This document shows positions 50,726-62,648 of a DNA stretch of 64,000 nucleotides, one piece after another; position 1 is the first letter of the stretch; each line of letters starts with the position of its first letter. The translations under genes and the position numbers were made by a program. The notes beneath the pieces were generated by a model that ran no database searches, was not told the DNA's origin, and saw only the letters and a program-made list of their open reading frames with translations. The stretch comes from Eukaryota sp. GEM-RC1 (Eukaryota). Location: positions 2,790,001 through 2,854,000 of the forward strand of contig JAUFOQ010000001.1 in assembly GCA_040285855.1 (NCBI GenBank), written 5' to 3'.

Positions 50726-52020
50726 GGAATTCTTGAAACAAAGAAACGATAAGTAAGTGCACCCATAACCATCCATGGAGAGTTTCTAGATCGATGCTAC
50801 AAAATGCTGGAGTTTACTTTGCTCATGTTGTTACCATATTGGAAAATGCCAAGGGATATCAAGGACCAAACCATTGTGGAAAGTTTACGAATGCTGTCAC
50901 GAATTGATCAAAGAAGGATATTGAGATACTGGTCAGAAGACTAGTTCGCAAAGTTTGATCCAAATGTTCAACTTGAGATGTTAGATATCTTACCATGTGG
51001 AACTGAAACTTCAGAATCTATATCGATTGTAGATGGTACTGTATTTGCAATAAAACAAATATACAACCTGCGAATTGCAAACATGGTGAATTACATTCCC
51101 ACCTCATTCCTCTTTCTGTATTAATCATTTATAATAAATGCCCTTGAACACAGATCAATTATTTTCTGGGGCTAATTTGTCTGAGTTTAAGGTACAAGCC
51201 TCCGAAGACACATGGTGGAACGGAAGAACAAAGACATCCTCGAAATACTCCAACTTTGCAGACAACCCACTACGCTCATGGTCAGAGACAATACCCCGAA
51301 TACAACTCATTTTGAACAACTTTATATGCTCAAGAACATCGTTTACGCCACAGCAGCTTTTATTCGGGACTTTCGCTGAACCTAGAGACCACGCTAGACA
51401 TCTTGTTAACTGCCACTTCAAAACCTGATAAAAACGGATTAGATAGAAGAACTAAAGCAGCAAAGTTCATCAAGAAACTAGACTCAGATCTGCGAACTTA
51501 CTGGCACATAGGTAATATCATCCAACAGGCTTTTATTCGAGATTTACCAAACAATCGTCCATCATGCCGACGATCTAGTTTTAAGACTTTACGATAGACC
51601 AAACAAACTACAAGTTCAAGCAGGGACATTCCAAGTGATTAAATTCTTAGGAACTTCAGAAATACCAAAAAAGAAGCATCATTGGACCAGAAGAATATGA
51701 AGTTTCAGGTTATGAACTGAAACTTTTCCATCCGGGCACGGTAATTGACCACGCAAAGCAAGTTGCCGCTAACGATCGAGAGGAAGTAGTAGTACAATAT
51801 GTGATTGCCCAAGAAGAAAGAGCAGACTGTGGTTCAAAGTCTTCTTCGGCAACGACATATCTCAAATAGAACCTCTATCATCCTTAAGAGATGGTTCTCG
51901 TAAAAATGATAAACTTCTCCATATGCAACCTCGAGATCTATAAAGCAACCTCCAAGAAAAAGAAAGAAAAGGTAGTGAAGTATTAGCTACGATGACATGT
52001 GACATAGTTTTATAGTTCAT
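50725..52020 (+). mobile_element. Decayed gypsy pol relic (duplicate of about 16220-17520)
   Basis: ORFs 51138-51597 are identical to 16635-17094. Confidence 0.65.
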
Positions 52021-52029
52021 ATTTTGAGT

Positions 52030-53260
52030 TTCTGGTTTACTAATAGCCCATCGAAAGTCAATCGAGTTATATGAACGCTTCCCGACTGTGAATCAAGCCG
52101 ACGCTACCTATAAAACCAATGTTTATAACATGCCAATGTTTCACTTGGTAGGATTCACCAGTGTGAAAACGACCTTTACTATCGCTGCGACGCTCCTTAG
52201 CCGCGAAAATGAAGAAGAGTATTGCTGGGCTTGGGAGCAATTCAAAACAATATGCCCTGTTTCCCCTGAAGTTATTGTAACCGGTCGCGATTTGGCGCTT
52301 ATGAACTCGATCCATCAAGTGTATCCGGAAACTGGACATATTCTTTGCATGTTCCATGTCATCCAGAACTTAAACTTAAACGAGACTAATGCCAGCCAAA
52401 TGATGTGGACTGAAATTCTAAATGATTGGCGGGTTGTGGTTGGTTCCATCACAGAAGAATTGCTGCAGGAAAATCTGGAATACTAATGGAACAATTATCA
52501 AAACACTCTGGAGCTAAAAGGTGCTTTTAAATTATGTAATTGATGCCCTTCAAGAAGTCTTTTGTTAGGTGCTATATTGACGTTTCGCCATTTTAACACT
52601 TTCACTACGAGTAGAGCAGAAAGTGCTCATCATGCAATCAAAGCAGGTGACAAATTAAACAAAAGAGATCTGGAAGGAATTTTCAACAACATCAATGTCA
52701 CTGTTATTCAACAACTTTCTGATTTTAAACGTATACCTGCTGCAGAAAAAAGATCTCTGCATCCTGACCTACTTGCACCTGCTGTAAGGAATTTATTTGA
52801 TCCAGTTGTGAAAAAAGTCGCTATATGTGCAATGCTTGAAGTATTAAATAAAGTCTCCAACGCAGCAGAATTTGGTGATACCCAGTGCACAGGTGTCTCA
52901 GTTTGTTTCTGGACTGCCATGCTATCATGGTGTGAAGACACTTATGGATGAAGACGGTTTTCTTACGATAGAGTCATTTCACCCTCAATGGTGACTTGTG
53001 AATTCTGAAGAGGAAGTTGCTAGGGAAGTAGCACAAAATCCTGTGGAAGTTGTCTACAAGAGATACCAGAGAGCTACTAATAGCCTTGAGCGTTTCCGTT
53101 TAGAAAGAGAGGCAACAAGAGCTATAGTAAGAGTTGAAGTAAGAGTAGTAGATGCTCTGTATGTGTGGCAAAGGGACTGGAAGGTTATGGACATAATGCT
53201 GCCAAGCATTGTAAGAGATGTAAAGAGTTCAAAAATGAATGTAGTTGTGAGTGATGTGTT
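52030..53260 (+). mobile_element. Second MULE transposase, decayed
   Basis: ADATYKTNVYNMPMF, VIVTGRDLAL, HILCMFHVIQN and TTSRAESAHHAIK; stops and frameshifts. Confidence 0.8.
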
Positions 53261-53410
53261 GTAGCAGTACATGTAGTAAATGATCAAGATTCAACTCACA
53301 GATTTCACCTTTATAGCAGTTTATTTCACCTAGTTAGTCAAATGAAATTCGTGTCAATAATTCGACATGATTTTTCAAAAAAATTCATTTCCTTCATATC
53401 CTTCTTCTTC

Positions 53411-54150
53411 ATGTCTTCAAGACCTTCTCGTACTTGTCAATCCAAAAAAACTTGTCTTAGAGATTACACTTCTTCTGATGAAGAAATTAGTGAATCTGAT
53501 CAACCTTCAACTGTTCCTTCTTCCATCAATGTTCAGAGGAAAAGGAATAGGTTGATCCAGAGAATACAAGGTTTTTATGAAACTTGTCCAGTTGTTCTTC
53601 TTCTTCCATATGACAATAAGGTTGTTGAAGTTTCCAATTATGAAAATGCATCTCTTGATGTATTAACCACTCCTTGGATCGCGATGGAAGATCGTAACTT
53701 TAACTTTAATCCGGTTCGAAGTCAACCATCAATTCTTCCTCTTGATATGCCACTTAATGTCATATCAAGATCTACCTATTCTCTAGACTTAGGGAAACCT
53801 TCTTCTTACTTTTTAAATGCAATGTTTCCTCTTGCTTTAAAACCTTCTGTTTTACATGATGTTGGCTTAGGTGTCTTTTCTGAATGTGCTATTTCTCCAA
53901 ATCAAGTTGTCCTATATTTTGTTGGGAAATATAGGACACAATTACTACACCTACTCATCCAATTTATGTGGATAATGCGTGGCAATTAAAAAATGGTTTA
54001 ATTATTGACGCATCAGACAACAATTTGGATTTTGATGTTGGTAGATACGTCAGCACAAATGTTGAATCAAAATTAAATTTAAGAGCGTGTGAACACAATC
54101 ATGTGTATAGGGTTGCTCTGGATTTTCAGGGAAGAGGCTTAACATAGCCT
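53411..54150 (+). pseudogene. SET-domain-like protein remnant
   Basis: LKPSVLHDVGLGVFSECAISPNQVVLYFVG, then after a frameshift near 53940 WQLKNGLIIDASD..VGRYVS..N. Confidence 0.55.
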
Positions 54151-55342
54151 CAGTAAAACAAGCAATAATTTTGTTACCATTAATTCATGATACTCAGAAT
54201 TTTTGGTGAAGTTCTGAGTGGAAGAAATTCCTTCTTCCACCGAATAGAACTACAGAATGCGGTACATTACAAAATGAAAAACTTCTTGAAACAATTTGTG
54301 GTCTTTCCACTTGAATAACAATCATGAATTATTCAAAATGAATTCTGCGTGTCAATTGATATCATTTTCACCTTCGCATGGGTCTGTTTCTAGTTCAGTT
54401 GATGATGAACTGTTTCCTATGTGTCGTATTGGTGTAGCTTAGTATAGTTGTACCTTGAGTAATGTTGGTCCAAATACGAAGGTGCTGTATTCCATCGTTA
54501 TGTTTCAATTGTACTCAAAACAGTATCCGTAGATCATCTAGAACAGTAAGAAAGTCTATACAAAGCTTTTACACAATTGATCCCAAACTTTCTTCCTCGC
54601 GTACATCAAGTTCTAGCTTACTTTGAACCACTCCGATGAATTTTGGGGAATGGAAACCAGCTCCATTTGCATGTTCTTGTATCACAGTATCATAATCTTG
54701 CTGATGTGACTGATCATCCCATGGAAGTGTTATGTTAATATGAGTACGAAAAACATCCGTTTATTCGTTAAGTCAAACATATTCATCATCTTCAAGCAAG
54801 CCAATACACTACTTGGGTTACTCTGATAACATTGAGGCCGAAAGTGCTGGCGAAGGACCCCGTCTTCCTTCATATCAGTCTGTAATCTTCATAATCTTCT
54901 GGATTGACAAGACGGACAGAACTACAAATCTTACGAATGACAGATGTACAGAAAACCATAGCTCCAAAAGTAACACATATTTAAAAAGAAATGGGGGCGT
55001 TGAGAGAGACTTCTCTGTTACGAGAGGTGTTGTGTGAGACCTATTGAGAGAGATGTGCAAATAGCGTCACCGGGAAGGGAAGACGTATCACTGTTGTTTG
55101 TTTGAGGATGTTGGTTGAGAGGTTCATGATAGATTGGTTTCTCATCTGATACGGCTTTTAATCTGCTTTGTGGCTTCATTTAGACTGTTGTCTTTACAAA
55201 TAGGGGATATTCGTGCATTTACATCCTTCTGCTGATGAACTAGCCAATCATGTGCAGATGGACCTTTCTTTGATCATGGCACACTGCTCCCTTGTATTGA
55301 CGATTTCCCAACTGTTTCTCAATAGAAAAACTCTCTTAAAAA

Positions 55343-56263
55343 TAGAGATGGGAGCCGGCTCAATTTAGCCGGCTAAGCCGGCTAGCCGAGCCAGCCGACT
55401 GGTCCAGAATAGAAATATTTCCAGCTGCAAGCCGGCTGGCTAAAAATATTTTTAGCCGGCTCAAGCCGAATATTTAAAGTTCTCTGAAAACAGAGCTAAT
55501 AAAGAACGAATAATGAATTGAGAAATGGAAAATAATCATTTATAGCGCTTATCAGAACAGTTTAGGGCCACTAATGTTTATCAACGTTCGAGCAAAAACA
55601 GAATTGGTGAATACAGTTGATATGTGCCGAATAATTGCCCTATTGTTTTTCTTGGGAGCACTAATAATACATTCAATGCCTTATGTACATTGTCGCAGTG
55701 TCTATTTCTGACACTTTACATGTCTATTACATCTTTAATTTCGATTTAAAATGGATGGAGACAGTAAAAAACCTGGAGTCTGTCACAGATCTTCTGCCAA
55801 CGACTTTGTTTCTTTTGAACTAATTAAGCTCCTTCTCAAAAATACTACTGTACTGTTTTCTTATATTATGCAGACAACCAATTCCATAGTGGTGTTACCA
55901 TTGTTTGACAGATTCAAAAAATTACTAACTGATCAAGGTCAAATTTATAAGTGATAATCCCAAAAATAAGTCACATGTAAAATCTGTTAAAACTGGAAAA
56001 TACTGATCAATGGTATCAGTATTGTGTCGTTCTGATACTCGGTGTAGTTGTCATTAAAAATGGTTCTGTATCATTTTACTGATATATCAACCAACAAGTC
56101 AATAACACTTTTAAGCAGTCAGCCTAAATACTCGAAACAAAACTCGATGAGGCTGAGCCGGCTTCAGCCGGCTTGAGCTGGCTAAAATGTGTTGTAAGCC
56201 GCAGCCGGCTGGCTAATGCCTGCGGCTGAGCCGTGATCAATTTTGAGCCGGCTCCCATCTATA
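55343..56263. mobile_element. hAT-type non-autonomous element (921 bp)
   Basis: 21-bp TIRs TAGAGATGGGAGCCGGCTCAA (1 mismatch), 8-bp TSD CTTAAAAA, subterminal AGCCGGCT repeats. Confidence 0.92.
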
Positions 56264-56451
56264 CTTAAAAAACTAAGTTTCCTTGCTGAATTCACCTTCT
56301 GACAGTCTTCTTCAATTTGTATGATTGTTCTGTTGACTATTGCGTGGACCAGACCCGTCTCTTGTGTGACTGATGCACATCATAGTTAGCTATAGTCTTT
56401 ATGGAAAATAAACTGTCGTCGTAGTCTGTTCCTGGAACACGGACCATTCTC

Positions 56452-56516
56452 CCGATATACTGCCACCCTCGATATAAGGTCTGCCAATAGGGCGGCACTA
56501 TATCGAGGGTAGACGG
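56452..56516. mobile_element. Terminal fragment of a pogo/Tc1-like element (ends ...GAGGGTAGACGG|TA)
   Basis: Inverted match to 57105-57127; TA flank. Confidence 0.55.
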
Positions 56517-57104
56517 TATCTCAATGAAATTTTAAAACTGTTAGATTTAAATATACAGATGCATCTTTGGTTATCATATACAAATCAACAACATATATTC
56601 CCATCGAAACTGCATTAGTTGTTTATTAAGGTACTCATCAATTACCTTTCCTTAGTTGATTTTCGTTTTTTTAATAAATATTTTCTTAAAACAAGTTTGT
56701 TTTCTGACTTCTAACATGCTAGTGAGTTAACTTAAAAAAACAACTTTTTCTTTTTCTCCAAAAAATTAATTTTTTTGAATTATTCTAAAAACTACAATGT
56801 TCATTAATAATTTTTACATAAATGCTGTCAAAATTTCAAATCGTAAAGTCGTCTCTAAATTTGAAACGTATCGATTCTGAACGGAATTTTTCCACTAGTC
56901 GTAAAACGATACGTTTCAAATTTAAGGAAGTTATAACAATAAATGAAATATCCTACATTATACAGAAAAATATATTGATTCAAATGATGTTTATGACATC
57001 AATCAAAATTGATTGAATTAATGTTGAAAACTTTCTGAAAAGCAATAATTTTAACTATATAAAAATCATTGTAATACCTCAGTAGAACGTTCTTAATCAC
57101 TATA

Positions 57105-57213
57105 CAGTCTACCTTCGATATAGTGCCACCCTCGATATAAGGTCACTTTTCACAACAAATTTCCCTGACACGACTTTTCCATTCTCATGTTCTTGTCGTT
57201 TACACCATAAACC
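57105..57213. mobile_element. Terminal fragment of a pogo/Tc1-like element fused to copy F
   Basis: TA|CAGTCTACCTTCGATATAGTGCCACCCTCGATATAAGG; homology to the BTB gene begins at about 57214. Confidence 0.55.
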
Positions 57214-58712
57214 AACCTTCCCTATGCAATCAAACCATCACATTTGGAGAAGAGTCTATTGATGTGAACAAGTTCATCCTTGCTGCTCATTCTACCTACT
57301 TCCGATCTCTTTGGTTCTTGGAGTTTGGTGATAGAGACGAAAACCCAATCGACTTCTCACATCTCCCTTTTGACTCTAACCACTTTCTTGCCTTCATCAA
57401 GTCCTTCTTCGGACAATCATTCATCCTCGACGAGAACATTGCCTATGACTTTTACTACCTCGTCCACTACTTCCAAGTGGACAAACTGATCGTACAAGTT
57501 GAAAACCACCTCAACACTAATCTCGTGACCTGGGCTTGGTTAAAACCATTCATTAAAGAAGCAGATGAAAGAAATGACTTGAGAGCTCTGGAATTCGTTG
57601 GTCCTTTCTTTTCTAAGATTGACGACATTATGATTGATGACGTGATGGCAATCACTACTGAAGGGTTAAAAACTCTTTGCAAATACTGTACTTCCACTCA
57701 ATCTCAATCTTGGTTCATCAAATCAATGGTGACATCAATTTTAAATCAAAGTTTTGATTTGAATGAGTTTTTAAATGTTTTAAATTCGTGCTCAATTGAA
57801 GCCTTTTCATTTCAACAATGGGATGAGTTTCTGTTTGTTCCTTTAAAAGATGTTGAAGAATTGGAAGCCGATTTGATGAAGTTTTTGTTTACAAGAGTTA
57901 AGAATCTTTATTTTGACTCGTTGGTGAAGGAAAATTCCGATTTAAACATTCAAAATTGTGAATTAACTACCAAATGTTCGGATTTAGAAAGCAAAAATTC
58001 TGAGTTAAACACACTAACTACTGATTTAACAACGGAAAATCATCATTTGAAGGCAGAAAACTCGCAATTGAAGACAAACAATTCTGAATTATCCGTGCAA
58101 ATTTCTAGTTTAACAACTGACATTCAGAATCTCACAGATACAAATTCTTACGAAATTTCTAAACTAAAACAAGAAAATGAACAACTTAAAAAGGGAACTA
58201 CAGAATCTCAAGTGTCTCAATCAGTTCCTCAATCAAAAGTGATTCGATTCTCCCCAACTAAGAAACATTCTCTGTTACACGTTAGTGGGGATAGAAAGAG
58301 AGTTGTTGTTGGAAGTGGTGGTGGTGGTAGAAATATCTTGGGAGAAGATCCACTTCTTCCAGGTAATGAGTATACTTGGAAGTTCAGGTACCAGGGGAAT
58401 ACTAGTTGTCTTTTTGTTGGAGTCATTGACGAGTCACAGTTTAGTGTTGATGGTAGTTGTTATAACAATGGTCACTGTTTTCACAATAGTGGTAATAATG
58501 TTTATCGTTGTCTCTCAGGAAACAAAACTAAGTGGAATCCTGGTGAATTACTCGAAATCAATGTAAATCTCATCAATCACACTTTAACAATCAAATCCGT
58601 GAGTAATTCTTCAATTAATCTTATTGGAACTCTTCCCAGATTGAGTAGTGGTAATTATTATCCATATGCTTTCTTATGGTATAGTGATCATGAACTTGAA
58701 ATAGTTGAATAA
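57214..58712 (+). pseudogene. BTB - coiled-coil - SPRY-like copy F, 5'-truncated
   Basis: Promoter and first ~17 codons replaced. No in-frame ATG between the TAA at 57138 and the BTB domain; the rest of the frame is open. Confidence 0.75.
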
Positions 58713-61700
58713 AGTTGATAACATTTTGGATACGTCTCATCTTTCGAATCATGGTCTCAAATTAAGATGTTGTTTATGATTGATATCAACCATCACGAGT
58801 AATAGAAAAGAGAAAAAATTCATTAATTAGTGAAGAACTTGGTTGTCAAACACCAAAAACTATTACCCTTTAGGGGTGTGATAGTGGGATTAATTGAATG
58901 TCCATTACCGTGATTCCACTCTTGCATACAACTTTTGATTTATTTCTGGTTGTCATTAGAGTGGTAGTTTTATGAAAGTAGAAATTGTACTTAAAACATA
59001 CCTGGAAAATACACTTTTCTGTATCTTCTGTATTTCGTGTATTTGTGTACTTGTACTTTTTATTTTTCTGTATTCAAATACAGTATTTCTTAATGAATAG
59101 TTTTCAGAAGTACTTACCTCTTTTGGATGTACATCCTTCCTATGGATCCAATTTTTCTATGGGATTTAATGAAATAAATAACAACAGGGCACTAATCAAG
59201 ATACAAGACAGATGAACAAACTTATCTGCTGAATTGGCTCAAAGAATAATTGCTCTTGACTTTGTTTCTACACACGCAGGGCACATAATACGTGCCAAAA
59301 ATCAAACCATGAAGATAGAAAAGAAGAATTGAGTCTGAAGAGGGTTGTGAGACAATTAGACCTGTACAACGGACTAAAAATAAAAAAGTCAACTAAGTCG
59401 ACTCCGCTTTGTGAGTTGAGTCGCGGCGACTCGTGAAACAACAAAGCGGAGTCGAGTCGAGTCAAATGAATATCAAATCAAGTCGTGCACAATCCAGAGA
59501 CATTTGATCAGTCTGCATTTAAAGAATGCAGTATATATTAACTAAAGTATTGATAGAAACGAACCAAATACATGCAGTTGATCATTGAACATTATTGTTG
59601 TCTTTGTACACTACTAAGAAAACAGATAACACAACATCATTACCATTATCTTTGTGTATTTTGATATGTATCTGTATCTGTATTTTTGTATTTGTATTTT
59701 GTTCAACCCTTGTAATTTCGGAAAATTAAATATAATTTCTTCTAGGCTTAAAACATAGTTTCCCTGGACAGTTAGGTCGACTTTTAAAATTAAGACATTC
59801 AAAATGTTGTAAAATTGTGCTAAGAGTTCCGTAAGAGTAAATTTCAAAGAAATCTGCTTCCTAATTTTGCAAACATTCATTGGGAAACAAATTTGCCAAA
59901 GATCAAGATATTAGTGGTTAAATTAAGGATTTGTAGTTATCATGTCAGTAAAACACATGATTTTCAAATCAGGATGCTTGTTAGTTGTATTGTCGTTCTT
60001 CTTTTCAAACTTTCGTAATATGACTATTCGAGGTCAAGGTTTTGAAATGTAAAAAATATATAACCTTATCTTGTCATAGTTACTAAGAATTTGAAAGATT
60101 GGGAGAGAATCAGTGAGGTTTAAACAATTAGTTTCCATGTTCAATTTTTGACAAGTTAAACAGAGATTTTAGTCTTATGTTTTCCGGGTTTTCTATTGGA
60201 ATCATTACAGACATCACAAGACGCGAAACAATAACAAAAGAACCATTACGACCAGGAAATATCTCTTCATTACGACTTTTTCCAAACGATTTGGCAACAT
60301 CTGTGTCATCAAACAAACCAGCCAATACTGGTTCTAATAACGAAACTATTGTAAAAGATTTACATAATTAATATACTTGGTCACCTATTGAATGAAGACA
60401 CTGATTTATATGTGGCACAAAAACGCACAACAGGAAAACAACAATCAAATAGAGACCATTAAAACAAACTACCCAATTTTGAAATGTAGTTACCACCGAA
60501 CAATTTAGACCAAAATGGAATCAACATATCTATTCAGTCTTAAAAATCGAAAAAGTGATTCATGAACTCTACTTCTAAAAGAGACATAACGGTTACAATT
60601 CAATATAACTTTAAAGGTGTCATTGATTGCCAACAATGGCATTTTAAATTATGTGGTAAATTATCAGGCAAAATAAATGACCGTAAACTCATGTATAACG
60701 ACCAAGAATTATCATAACGAAGAAAAGATCGTATGCTTGAGGGATTTGAGTAATCAGACATTAAACAGAGCTTTGAGAAACATCATCATGATGTTCTGCA
60801 GAAACAGAATTGTTCGTAATACAACTAATCCTTTAATTGTACTAACGAAGTAACAGATTGGTCTGCAGGTGAGGATGTCTCTTTGCTCTTAATGTGCCCA
60901 CCGTTTCACAGTGATTGGAAGTTGTAGCGATCTTGTCGACGTAAAATTGATACGCTGAGTATGTTACTGTGGGGCTTAGATCTTTTAAAATCTTAGAAGT
61001 TATTTCCACAGTACTACCAAAACTCGAAGTATGAACTGAAACAAATACATTTTGACGATTGTACGTTGATAGAACTTAGCCATTGGAGTACATTAATATG
61101 TTTTTCAGATGCTTCTTAAGTGATCACAACATTTTGAAGTCATACTGAAAACATAAGGTTGAGCACATGGATCCAATATTGTGTGATTAATTAAATTTTG
61201 GCTAGAATCAATAAAGAGACCTTGTGAGTTTTCACGACAAGAAGAATTAATCAATCAAGACCGAACTTCCTGAAAAGGAGTTCTACTTTGAAACGAAATC
61301 CATGGGATTTAAACCTTTCAAATGTAACATCTCTATCAGCATTATTAGGAATTCGGGCTCCCGTTTCACCTGGTGACCTTACCTCACCCGAATTTTCCAA
61401 ATTTCACCTGAAATGACTTAGACTATTCCTCACCCGTTCCACTCCAGTGTCACCTGGTATAATATAATGTAAAGGGGAAGCAGTGATAGCGTTTGAAGTA
61501 ACAGAGTTGGAAACTGCATTAATTGCAGTTGATCAAGTTGGCGGGGACGTGCTTTCTGACAATGAGATGTCATCTAAGAAGAAGAACTTGACTTGATGAA
61601 CGCCTTTTTAGCATGATCTGGACATTCTCTACAGATTTGTACACTTGCTGTGTGAGTAAATTGTTGATTTCTTTAGGCGATTGTTATAAATACCAAATTT

Positions 61701-61948
61701 CGTTCTTGTCTATGGGAAGAAGAGATATTGAGGATATTACCTTTGGAACGAGTAGTTTTCTGCTTATGGTATCACATTGTATCACTTTACTGTAGTAGAA
61801 CGATTGATTTAAGTTCATTTCGACAATCGTATATATTATAGAAATTCTTATTATACCAAGTTATGCGTAGAAAATTATATTATCTTTGGAACTGATAGCC
61901 AAGAAATTTTGAACAAAACTTGTTTTTATTTGCATTTTTCACTAAAAC

Positions 61949-62648
61949 TAGGACTGTCCAAAGTTCGGTCCGCCCAAAAGGTCTGACTCAGTCCGGTTCT
62001 TCTTGGTTCACTGGTTCAGGTTCCGCATTTTCATGGAACCGGTCCGAACCGATATTTGTTAAAAACCCTTATCTGTGGTAAAAACAACTTTTGCGAAGAT
62101 ATACTGTATTGGACACTGTGTTCGCAATGTGAGAATCTAACTGAAACAATCAATAAATAAGTATAGGATTATTCTTGAAATTCTTACCCCCAATGGTCCT
62201 TAACGCTAATCCTCCTGCAAAGTTTTCATCTCCTGATTCACGTAAAAAAGCATGGATTTGGAACTACTTCACCCGCCTTGAAGACAAACGTGCTCGCTGC
62301 AACGCTGAAAGTTGTGAGAAACACGAACAACCTTATGCAGCAACCAAAGGGAATAATATTATTATACGACATCTTCAGAACCAACATAATGATATTTTTC
62401 AACCCAATGAACAAAAGGAAAGTCTTCAGAATGTCCAGGTCATCACCACTTTCCTGCAAAAGCGTAAGCAGTACACTGAGTGTGATCCAACAGTACTACA
62501 AAACGTATTCTTGTGGTTTATGAAACCACAAAATCTGTCCCAACAGTCAAAGTCTCAACCATCATTCAGAGTGTCACTTGGTCACACAAGTGTAACCACC
62601 ATTGACTTCTCGTTGATGCCATTCTCTCTGAAGAAAAAGATGACGTGA
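61949..62648 (+). mobile_element. hAT left end plus BED-finger fragment
   Basis: AWIWNYF...RHLQNQH; homologous to 21321-21928. Confidence 0.72.
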
